DNA from: Podarcis tiliguerta
Lineage: Eukaryota
Assembly: GCA_965153285.1 (NCBI GenBank)
Contig: OZ229114.1
Length of the DNA: 64,000 bases
Direction: 5' to 3' (one strand)
Shown: piece by piece, positions 1-10,774 of the stretch
Position numbering within the stretch: the stretch's first letter is position 1
How the letters are laid out: each line of letters opens with the position of its first letter
The notes under the pieces: model-generated
Told to the model about the DNA's origin: nothing
The model's database searches: none
The model's input: the letters and a program-made list of their open reading frames with translations, nothing else
Translations under genes and position numbers: made by a program

Positions 1-1193
1 CCATTTTTTTTCCTATGAAAAGCTGTCTGCTTATGGATAATCCTTAGTTGCCCTATGCATTCTTCATATGTGAGTATTAATACTGAAACCTAGGTGCTGT
101 TAGATTGTCCTTTTTTATAGAAAAAAGATGATTTGATAGCAATACAATGCAATGCAAAATTCAGTGACATGCAAACATTTAAATTGTAACTCTATTAGGG
201 GATATTTATACAGTATGCTGGTCTGCTCACTTACCAACTATATGGGTGAATTAAAAATGGTCTTTTTCGCTTTGGTATTCTGTAACTAACCCATTTACTT
301 CAGTTTTGCTCCCTCTTTTCCCCTAATCAAAACAAATATTTATGTAGGTTTGACTGCTGGGCTTTCTAAGCTCAAGGAAAACTCTCTCCCATATTACAGG
401 CAGTTCTTTCATGTTAAGAAGGACACATTAAAGGCAAGGAGGAGGAGGAGCTGATTCACCTTTGGAGATGAGGGAAATCGGTTGGCTGGCAATTGCTCTT
501 GCCTTGATAGGGAGTTAAATTGGACCCTCCATGGACCCTCCTGTCTCTAATCAGGAGATGATGGCAGGTCAACAGCAGCACCGATCCATCACAACCCATT
601 TCAAAGTTCTCTGTGTGGAGGCAGAGAATGAAACCTTGCACAGCCACTCACCGATCAAAATTGTCCTGGGAGATAAATTTCTACTTCTCATGAGCCTGTT
701 CTGCAGGGGCAAAGATTTGGTTTTCCCATTCTCCACTGCATCCAAGACTGCAGCCTATGGAACTCAATGACAGCCATGGACAACGAGACCTGCACATTCA
801 TGTCCCAAGACCCCTTTCTTGGTCATTCTACAGTGGGATGGAATGTTGAGACACGAGATGGAAACTTGAGACACAATGTGCAGATAAATATGAAATAGAA
901 ATTCCCAGAAATTCTCACATGCTGAGCCCTCGCACCCACGTATCACACATTTCAGCAAAGATTAAAAACGGAAGATGAATTACTACACTAATCAAGTTAT
1001 AATTACAGCTTATGCATACAGTGGTGCTTGAGAGAAGGCGAAGAGGCTGGCATGTGCTGAGCGGGAACGGAACAGGCACCAACTGTTGTATGAGTCATGG
1101 AACTTACAAATGACTAAGTGGAGACAGAAGCCCAGCTGCATTTCAAGAAAGGGCATGAGAAGGGATGATGATGGTGGTGATGGTGATAATGAG

Positions 1194-1232
<39 letters not shown>

Positions 1233-1671
1233 ACTCGGCCCATCTGACTGAGTTTCCTCAGCCACTCTGGGTGGCTTACAGCACATATAAAAACATAGTA
1301 AAATGTCAAACATTAAAAACTTCCCTATATAGGGCTGCTTCCAGATGTCTTCTAAAAGTGTAGTTGTTTATTTCCTTGACATCTGACGGGAGGGCATTCC
1401 ACAGGGAGGGCGCCACTGCCAAGAAGGCCCTCTGCCTGGTTCCCTGTAACTTCACTTCTTGCAGTGAAGGAACTGCCAGAAGGCCCTTGGAGGTGGACCT
1501 CTGTGTCCAGACTGAGTGACGGGGGTAAAGATGCCCCTTTAGGTAAACTGGGCTGACGCCATTCAGGGCTTTAAAGGTCAACACCAACACTGTGAATTGT
1601 GTGCAGAAACGTACTGGGAGCCGCTGAAGTTCCTTTAGGACCGGTGTTACATGGTCCCGGTGGCCACTCCC
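1194..1671 (-). mobile_element. L2 LINE, 5'-truncated 3' fragment with (AAC)n tail
   Basis: ORF 1306..1590(-) LVLTFKALNG..P.YL...RAF...APSLWNALP is the typical L2 ORF2 C-terminus; microsatellite tail at 1194-1231; homologous to copies at 14572, 22998, 58940 and 63701. Confidence 0.9.
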
Positions 1672-1964
1672 TAAAGAGCATCCTCAAGGTATTTCAACAC
1701 TGGCAAGTCATAAAATCATGGCAGTGCTACCCCTGCCTGCCTAATACTTGGCAGCAACCTTAAAAAGGGAATGCATCTGAGAGAGGCAGTATTGTAGTAT
1801 GATCCTGCATTGGCATAAGCCACATTGTGCACAGAAATTCTGAAGGGAAAATCTGTATTAAAATCTGTATATTTTAGTATTGCTTTGTTCTGGTAATGTT
1901 GTACAATTCGCACTTGTTCTCTAATTAGCCAAATGCCCAACATTCAAACAGTGTTTACACAGAG

Positions 1965-2085
1965 CAGGACTGGGTTGCCTATAGCCCTCCAGATGTTGTT
2001 GGACTCTAACTCCCATTAGCCAAAATGGGCAACAGTCAGGGGTGATGAGAGCTATAGTCTAGCAACATCTGGGAAATCACCTCTG
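1965..2085. mobile_element. Short palindromic hAT-type MITE (degenerate)
   Basis: ccagatgttgttggact ... agtctagcaacatctgg inverted arms; same family as 55747-55884. Confidence 0.7.
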
Positions 2086-2478
2086 ATAGAGGGAGATGAA
2101 CTGAACTTCTGTGGGCACACAGAGACACCCCACAGTGGGTACCTATTGGTGGAGGCAACACAATCACTGCCATGGGTGGTATCTGCCATTTATTCCCACC
2201 TGTTGTTATTGCGTCCATATTTTTCAATATCACTTAAGAGGTACTTGTAGACATGTTTGGGATTACTTGCCCCTGCCTTAAGCCCAGTATTTGGGTGAGG
2301 GTCCTGTTTTGGCCCCTTTTCAAATAGTAATCTGTTTACACTGTCCTACAGAATCCAACCATTGTTGCTAAGAACTGAGCTAGTCTTATTGGCCCGGCCC
2401 ATTCCCACTCCACTTCAATCTCAATTTCTCCACCTTGGGTTCGATTTCCTGTTGCAATGCTAGAGACTGCAGCAGATA

Positions 2479-2712
2479 CAGCAAAATCTTGGTTGTCAAA
2501 TGTAATCCGTTCCGGAAGACTGTTTGACTTCCAAAACGTTCAACAACCGAGGCGCAGCTTCCGATTGGTTGCAAGTGCTTCTTGCAGTGAAGCAGAAGCT
2601 GCATTGGAGTTCCAAGAAACATTCAAAAACTGGAGCATTTACTTCCAGGTTTTCGGTGTTCGGGAGCCAAAACGTTCAAAAACGGAGCCATTCGAGAACC
2701 GAGGTATGACTG
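2479..2712. mobile_element. Tc1/mariner (Tigger/pogo-like) MITE
   Basis: TA|cag...ctg|TA termini; reverse-complement homolog at 7722-7979. Confidence 0.85.
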
Positions 2713-3122
2713 TATATTCTAATGACCGTCTTAAGATGGCATGTTTGCTGGGCAAACAATGTACAATCAAACCCAATAAAGAACATCTCCAGATTTCAGT
2801 ATGAGAAGAGCACTTATCCTTGAGGCCCATGGAAGAAAATTCACCTAATTTAACCGAACATATGCAGATGTTTACCCTGAGAACAATTAACATGGCTTTT
2901 CTGACAATAATCGTTTTATAACATGCTGTTGATCTGACATTTTATCAAACAATTTCTGACCTTTACCTTTTGAAACGAGGTAATTTGGAAGTGAGTTTCT
3001 AATTAGAGATTAAATGCTGTTTATTCCTTCTCTTAATGTAACTAGAACAACCAACCAGCGTTTTAAAGGACAGTGCCATAAAAAAGGGAAAGCAAATGGA
3101 TCCTCATAACAGAGGGCCCTGG

Positions 3123-3814
3123 TTGCGCTCGGGACCCAAGAGCTCACCTGTCAGGGTTAAAATGGTGGGGAGGGGAAGGAGCAGGAAGTCCTGGCCATTC
3201 CCCTGGGATTATGCCATGAAGTTTTAGCCAATAGCCAGTAGGTGGCCTGATCCCAGGGGCTTTAAAAGCAGCAGTGTGATGCAAGTGGGGCACTTGCATT
3301 TGCACGGCTGAACACCCGCCCACCCTCCCTAGCTTAGGTAGAGTCGCTTGGCCTTCCTTTGGTTTGGGTCGCCTGTTTTGGAACAGGGGCTGGGTAGGAT
3401 TTTTTTCCATTTGGCAGATTGGCTTTTAGCCATTTGGTTTTCACCTATCCCTTAGCAAATCGTCACAACTTGTAAGGTGGCGGTTAGGCATTGGCTCAGC
3501 TGGATTGTGGGGAGGGGAGGTGCGGCCATCACCTGTCCCTCCAGGAATTGGGTATTCTGTTAAAGGAACCCCGGAGTGAGCTTAGGTTGGTCCTCATTGA
3601 CCTAGCTCCCTCATTTGGTTTACCCTATTGGACGATCACCCTGAGAGGTGGAGTCAGTTATAGTGGGGAGTCAATGCCTAAGCCAATACTGCTCATGTGA
3701 TTGTATTTCAATAAAGTTGTGGCCAAAATTTGCCCCAAAACTTAAGCTAATATAAGTGTCTGTGTGCATTTATTTTGGGGGTGGGTCTTGGGGTCTTGGG
3801 GCCTTGAGACACAA
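3123..3814 (+). mobile_element. TSD-less LTR-like element with TTGCG...CACAA termini, copy A (possible solo terminal repeat of a DIRS/Ngaro tyrosine-recombinase retroelement)
   Basis: Imperfect terminal inverted repeat ttgcgctcgggacccaaga / tcttggggccttgagacacaa; CCAAT, tttaaaa at 3261, AATAAA at 3710 followed by gttgtggcc; motifs shared with copies B-E. The classification is inference. Confidence 0.75.
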
Positions 3815-4429
3815 ACGCTAAAGCTTGATTTATGCTTCATGATCTAAGCCAGCATATATGCTGTTTGGGATATACGAAATACACATTTTTGCTGCCCTGC
3901 ACTATTAGTCTACAGTCACCTAATAGCTGCCATGGTAATGACCTGACTCTCTAGCTAACTAGCCAGGCTGTCCAAGTTCAGCTTGCCTCATCTACAGTAA
4001 TGAGTGCAACATGTGGACAGATGGCCCAGCAGTGAGTTCACATGTGCTGATAGCAATTACAAAGATTTATACATATTACGTTGATGGTACCATACTACGG
4101 CAAGCATCCTAAACAGTTTTTTTTTTTTAAAAAAAAAAAAAAGGACGAAGAGTGAGAGATTCGAAACACACAACTCATCGAGGGTCTGGTCTAGGTTCCA
4201 GAAATCCCACCAGACTGTAGTGACAACCAAGGTTTGAGATCAAGTTTGCATTGTGCCAATCCATACAGCTCAAGCTGTGGGAATAGCCAAAGGTAGGCAC
4301 AGGGCAGCCAACCCCAAGGTTGGGAAGAGAGAGAAACAGGTTCACCTCAGTGTTTCAAGGAGTGCTTATTTTGCTCTTCGTAAGGCCACATGCTATGTCA
4401 TCTCTCTCCCCTCAGCCCGTCTGCAACAC

Positions 4430-4830
4430 ATATTTTTAGTTGTTTTTATCTTATCTGGCAGAGCAATAGTCATTTAACTAATCACATCTTACAGTCCTAG
4501 AAGAAGATATGGGACAAGGTAAACATTAAGAAACTAAAAATGCCACAGGATTGATTTTCCTAACGAATCTCCCCTGCCACTGAACAGGTAACACCCCATG
4601 TCCTCCATTGCTCCATGTTTGTAGAAGCACAACACTCTCCCCTACTGTATAAATAGGCCTTTATTGCTCTGTAAATGGATTTTTTATTTTTCAATTTCCT
4701 CTTTCTTAAACTCAAACAATACCTAATTTTCAATAAGGCCAGAATCTGCCAAACCTTAATTAGCCATTGCTTGATGGATGGAATTTCCTTAAGTGCAATC
4801 AAGACCTTTGCAATTATTAATAAGTTAGAC
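4430..4830 (-). mobile_element. Old L1-clade LINE 3' fragment
   Basis: ORF 4560..4802(-) ..IALKEIPSIKQWLIKVWQILALLKIRY.. resembles the L1 ORF2 C-terminal region; boundaries approximate. Confidence 0.55.
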
Positions 4831-5294
4831 GTTATTTCAAGGCCTGGGCAGAATTATCAAGTTCCACTTTGTGGAGTTTGGGCAGAAATCATTCCACTCC
4901 GCAATACTCTGGAGTGGAAATCCGAATGGCTTCCACAATTCCCTGAAGACATTGAACAAACAGGCCTAGTATGGCTAAGTCTTGCTGCCCATGATTGGAG
5001 GATGGGCGGCAGTGCTCTTTGATCCAGTAACGCTCAGGAGGTTTTACTGCCCATTGGCTGGATTAGAGAGTTTGGGTGGTCTAGTGTAACTTCCCTGCTT
5101 GCATCCCAGTGAAAGTGTGTCATTTATTTATTTACCTTCCTTCTTTGGTTGAAGATTTTATGTGAGCATCTCTGATCCTGCTAAGGATAGGTAAAAGCAC
5201 TCTTCTTTCTGAATTGGAGACTTTAGGGATTTGAACAAAGGACCTTGTACCCCTGGGGAATGGGACTGCTGTAAACCACTGGACTACATTATAC

Positions 5295-5529
5295 CAGGCA
5301 TGTCCAACTGGTCGATTGCGATCTACCATTTGATCGCGGGGCATCTGTAGTTGATCCCGGTCAATCGTGTGATCCTGGTCGATTGCCCCCCCAAAGCTCA
5401 ACAACTTTGTGTCTTTCTCTCCCCAAAAAAGCTCAGCAACTTAAGTCAAGCCAATGGGTAGATCACTGCCAGTTTGTTTTTTTTAATAGTGGGAGTAGAT
5501 CACAGTCTCTTGGGAGTTGGACATGCCTG
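5295..5529. mobile_element. hAT (Charlie-like) MITE
   Basis: Perfect 15-bp TIR caggcatgtccaact / agttggacatgcctg; 8-bp flanks cattatac / tgctatac. Confidence 0.9.
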
Positions 5530-6254
5530 TGCTATACCATTGGTCTTCAACCGGTGTGTCAGGACACAATACTGGGTTGTGGTCTGATCTATGGTGGGTC
5601 ACAACAGGAGTGCTTCTACTATGAAAATTTATGGTTAAAAGCCTAAGTAGAAGTACCACATGAAAATAAAATAAGTTATAAAAAAAGGAATATTGTGTGT
5701 GCAAAGGGCTTTTCATCCTAAAGGAGGAGCTCTTTTGCTCTTACCATTCCTCTCTACAAATCTAGTAATGGTTAGAAGTGACTATGCAGTCTATTTCTGA
5801 ATTCTGCTACCGACCATGTATGTTGTCATAATCAGAGAACAAGAAGAAAGAAAGGTACACTATGGCAGCACTGTCCCCAGGCAAGGAATTGTTCATCGTA
5901 TAATCTGAACAGCTCAGGCAAGTGAATCAAGCGAGACAGTGCAAAGAAAGGTTGGAAAGCCTTTGGGGCTACTAATCAGGCAGAGCTGCAGAATAAACTT
6001 TCTTGACCCCTAACAACCCATCATAAAAATTGCAAGTGCAAGCCAACTCACCCATCGATCCCAATTCCCTGTCATCAACTACTCTGTCTACCTTTAATAC
6101 TACTCCTACAGCAGGCCAGGATGTGGAGAACCCCACCGAGTAATTTCACTACTCTTCAAAACTCTTTTTGCTTTCCTCAGAATTCCTTGGCTCTTTCTCT
6201 CGGGCAGGGCTAAGAGATAAAAGGGAAGGCATACTGATAAAATGACTGGTTTGT

Positions 6255-6680
6255 GTTCCAAGATCTGTTCTTTGTGAATTCCAGTATGAACTGACCTGAT
6301 CCACATTTTCTGGTCTAATGTGTGCATTAAAAATATAGCTCTCCACTGGATTTTGCTCTTCGATTTTGCTCTTCTCCAAATTTTGTGATGCAGTTGTCAG
6401 GCCAACTCAAAAATAAAGATAAAAATGCAGCGCTGAAATGTGTAGAGCAGCTACTTACTTTAGAATTAGGTACATTTAGAAATAGGTACTCGGGGAGAAA
6501 ATATTTTTAGAAATGTGTGTTTTGTAGAGAAGATGTTCAAAAATACATTTCAATGCAAATGTAAATACAATGTTTTGTTGTTATTGTTTTTAATCACAGA
6601 TTAATATGAAAGCAGGATGGAATAGACTTGTATGAAGGCATGCAAAACTGGCACAGACCAGAAATAGACTGATCCAATGG
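6255..6680 (-). repeat. Old unclassified interspersed repeat
   Basis: Reverse complement contains aactgcatcacaaaatttggagaag, matching the aactgcattgcaaaattcagagaagtg motif at about 20550, 25207 and 62253. Confidence 0.55.
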
Positions 6681-7721
6681 GATGTGGGTGAATTCTGGCT
6701 AAAACAGAAATGGGAGTGGAAATCGCTGGTGTTCACTTATTTATCACTTGTGTGGCATGGAAATAAATCCAGTGAATACAATTAGTATTTGCTGAGGTTG
6801 TTTCTTACAGTTTGCAAAAAATGAGTAATTGAATACATCCCCCCCCCCCCATTTGCATTGTGTTTCCTTTGGATCGAAATGGATGGGGTGGAATGATAAA
6901 ATGGCAATGTAATTTATGTAACTACATAAATTTCAGCTGTTACGTAAATTTCATCAAAGCAGGCAACAAGTTGAATAACACAGCTTTTGACAGAAAGCAT
7001 ACTGCAGCGGAACAGAAACACTGTTGCATGCAAGAAATACAGAGTGGAATGGAAAATGATGCCAGCTAGGTAATGTGTAGAGGGATGCACATTACTAGGT
7101 GTCCATAAAATGCATATATTAGTGAAAATAACATCCAGACATTTATATCAAGGAAAATATTAACATTAGGGAAATACGTTTTGCAGAAATGTGCATGTTA
7201 GGCAGAAATTGCATACCGAATGTGTGTATTAGGAGAAATCTGAACTGCAATGCTGATAACCTTTCATGGTGACTGTATTGAAAAAGAACATGCAAACTGA
7301 TATGGAAATATGAAGGAATGAATTGGAAAAATGAAAGACTGTGAAAGACACCCTCAAGGGTAATATGTCAGGGGCCACATATTGCTGATGAACAGGCTGA
7401 AGTCAAAAGTGGGTGGAGCTAAAGCCAAGCTAAGTGGGATTTACCTTTTTCTGTAACCACTTTTCTCTCACTTTCTCATTTGATGCCCTTCTTTTCCTTT
7501 CTTTGCCCTCTCCTTGCCATACACAGGAAGTTACATCATGATCCACATGCATTTGGTCTAAGGGTCCCACCCGTCTTTGGGCTGCAAGTTGCCAAACTGA
7601 TTTCTTGTATAATTTTTATCCCTCCAAGCAAGAAGGTATCATGGCAACTAATGGCAGCATCTGAATTTTATATATGGATCATGTCCTTCATAAGACTCCA
7701 CGTTAAGTGATCTTCATAATA

Positions 7722-7979
7722 CAGTCATACCTTGGATCTCAAACGCCTTGGCTCCTGAACAAATCAGCTCCCAAATGATCAAAACCCAAAGTGAGTGTTC
7801 CGGTTTTTGAACAATTTTTGGAAGCCGAACATCCGATGGGGCTTCCGTGGCTTCCACAGCATCCGATTGGCTGCTGGTGCTTCCCGCAGCCAATCAGAAG
7901 CCGTGCTTTGGTTTTCAAACATTTTGGAAGTCAAACGGACTTCCGGAATGGATTCTGTTTGACTTCCGAGGTACGACTG
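7722..7979. mobile_element. Tc1/mariner (Tigger/pogo-like) MITE
   Basis: TA TSD; TIR cagtcataccttgga / tccgaggtacgactg; homolog of 2479-2712. Confidence 0.9.
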
Positions 7980-9157
7980 TATTCTCATGTAGAGTCTTGT
8001 AACACGACTGAGCCCTGGACAGTGTGCTAGGAATATATTTTTCCTGCTCTGAGTGGTTTACTTTTTCTCCCATCTGGAGGGGAAAGTGAGTGTGATTCAG
8101 TTGTACAGAAAACCATTTCAATCATGTAGCAGAAGGCTCCATTTCAAGTTATGCTGTCCTAGGAAAGATCTCCTAGGGAATGGAGAGCAAATTCAGCTCA
8201 AGTAAGTGAAAATCCAGCCCCAGAACAAGGACTAATAGCTTACGTTTCTGAATTCCTCCGCTGTAATCAATCTTGCTAAAATCTGTATTACGCTGAGCGC
8301 AGAAGGTGGCTCTCCTAGGGCTTCAGCTATATATCGAAAGAGCTCAGCTTCGTTCCAGTGACTCTGCAGGAAGTCCAGAAAAATCCTGAAAGGCATGATT
8401 AAACAGAAATGCCCTATTAAATATTATTTGAAGTCTCATTTGTACTGCAGCTTCTCTATAGATTTATGATTTTTTAAAACAGAAGGCATAAAGAGAGACA
8501 AAATGAAGGAATTTGATTGTTTTAAAAGGGCTTAAACAGCCAGAAATTTGGGACATGCTTTGTGGCACACCTATTGCTGTTAAGCCTGAAAACCTTCTCA
8601 ATTATGATGATAATATGTGTACCATATAGGCAGGCAGCATAGTGCATCTCATCCAAATTGATTTCAAACCACTCCAGAGCACTTTATTGATTTCCAGCTT
8701 CTGGAGACCACCTTTGATCACTGCTAAGTGCAGCTGATTCTGGTGGATGCGTGACGAGAGGTAGCAACCCCTAGCAAATGTTCAGGGCAGGAAGTGACTC
8801 TGATTAGAGTCACAGCAGCATGGACTTTTTAAAAAAGCTGTTTTGCTTGGTCTGTTCGTGTGTCCATATCAGGTACAACATATTCCCATGGGCTGCTGTG
8901 GGTTCTCATGCCCAAAGGAAAAAACAAATTTGCAGTATTAAGTTCTTAACAGTTATCACAGATCTTAAAAGACAGAAGAAAAGCAGCCAGCCATCTTGCC
9001 ATTCCAGACAATTACACTACACAGGGAAAGGGGTGTGATAGGCTGATCTCTTGAGAAGTAACCCAGAAATAAATGCAATAAAAAGCAGAGCACTTAGGAT
9101 GCAAGGTAACTATTCAAAAAAAAAAAAAAATCCTACCCAATCAAAAAATACATTAAA

Positions 9158-9597
9158 AAATGATTTCAAGTTGCAAGGAAGAAGATTGCGACAAACATCA
9201 GGAGAAACTTTCAGACTGTAAGAGCTGTTCAACAGTGGAACAGTCTCCCTCAGAAGGTAGTAGACTCTCCTTCCTTGGAGGTTTCTAAGACAGTAAGAGC
9301 TGTTCGACAGTGGAATTTGCTGCCAAGGAGTGTGGTGGAGTCTCCTTCTTTGGAGGTCTTTAAGCAGAGGCTTGACAACCGTATGTCAGGAGTGCTCTGA
9401 TGGTGTTTCCTGCTTGGCAGGGGGTTGGACTCAATGGCCCTTGTGGTCTCTTCCAACTCTATGATTCTATGATTCAATGGTTGTGATGGTCATCAGTCAT
9501 GGATTCCTGCATTGCAGGGGGTTGGACTAGGTGACCCTTGGGATCCCTTCCCTTGGGATCCCTTCCAGCTGGGGGTCCCTTCCTTGATTCTATGATT
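9158..9597 (+). mobile_element. Older CR1 LINE 3' end, interrupted by a younger CR1
   Basis: CR1 ORF2 end and 3'UTR motifs (agagctgttcaacagtggaa, ttcctgcattgcagggggttggactag) and gattctatgatt tail. Confidence 0.85.
9290..9474 (+). mobile_element. Younger CR1 LINE 3' fragment
   Basis: Complete CR1 3' end with ttccaactctatgattctatgatt octamer tail, nested in the older copy. Confidence 0.9.
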
Positions 9598-10321
9598 ATA
9601 CATATTTGCATTTCAAGATCCATGTTTTGAGCATGCAATGTTATTATTTTTTATGTTGGGAATATTACAAGGAATAATAAGGACAGTTTATTCACATCCT
9701 CATGGCCGACAGTTGAAACTCAACACAAATTGAGTGCTTATATAGACCTTGCATCTAAGACAGGGCTGTGTCACCACATGGATGCCATTTTTTTGGCAAC
9801 ATCCCTGTCACAAATGTAGTTGGTGGTTGTACTCACTAAAAGCTGGAAGCTAATTTGTTTGGGGAAGAAAGGGGTGACATGAAGAGAAGAGTGCGAAACA
9901 CAGACTTGAGAAAGTGTGAGCACCATCTGCAAATATTTGTATGCACACAATAATAATAGTACATTTGTGTGTACCTAACTTAAAAAAAGGGAAAGAAAAA
10001 AGCCTGTGCCCGAGCAATTTAAAATATACAAATAAAACATGTTTCATGTCCTATTTTGCATTGTTTATTATGGTTTCGCTTTGCAGGGCACAGAATGTCA
10101 GCCTCTGACCAGTGATCTCTGCCTGATTCAGCTATCCCTCTAGTTTCTGAAATGTCAGCAGGTATTGCCTGCTTGCTGTCAAGCAGAACCATAAAATTTA
10201 GAAACTTGATTTTTGAAAAACCCAAAGATTGTCAGAAAGCTGAATTCCACACCCAATACACCATTCTGAACATGGTCTGCACTCCTGCAGAATGGCAACC
10301 TGCACACAATCCTGTTTATGT

Positions 10322-10774
10322 TGTTGGGAAACTGTGTACGTGCAGCTACTCACACAGAGGCAATTAAGGTTTGGCAGATAGCCAGAAGGCAATCTGAAGG
10401 AGTAAGTCTGCCTGGTGATAACAGAGACATGGAGACCACTCCCTGATTGGCCAAGCTCTCTCAAGGGAGTGATAATTAATGGCCTACTAACTGTTAGTTG
10501 AGAGTTTGGAGTTCAGAGATTCAGAGTTCTGTGTCAGGGTAGGAGTTGTGAGTCGTGTCGGAGAGAGCTAGCAAAAGATCTGTGTTCTGTTCCTGTATAT
10601 AGTCCACTGTATATAATAAACACCTAACTACAAGTTCCTGGTTCCTGCTTCGTCTATCCTGTCTGCAGCCAAGTCTCCAATTGCTTCCGTGGATTCTGCG
10701 TGTACTCTGCTAGGTCTGGCTAAGGTCCTGCAACTAGTCAGAAAGTTGCGAAACACCAATAGGTTTTGCCAATA
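10322..10774 (+). mobile_element. Solo LTR (Gypsy-like)
   Basis: Termini tgttgg...ccaata; perfect 5-bp TSD tatgt (10317-10321, 10775-10779); internal AATAAA near 10615. Confidence 0.8.
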
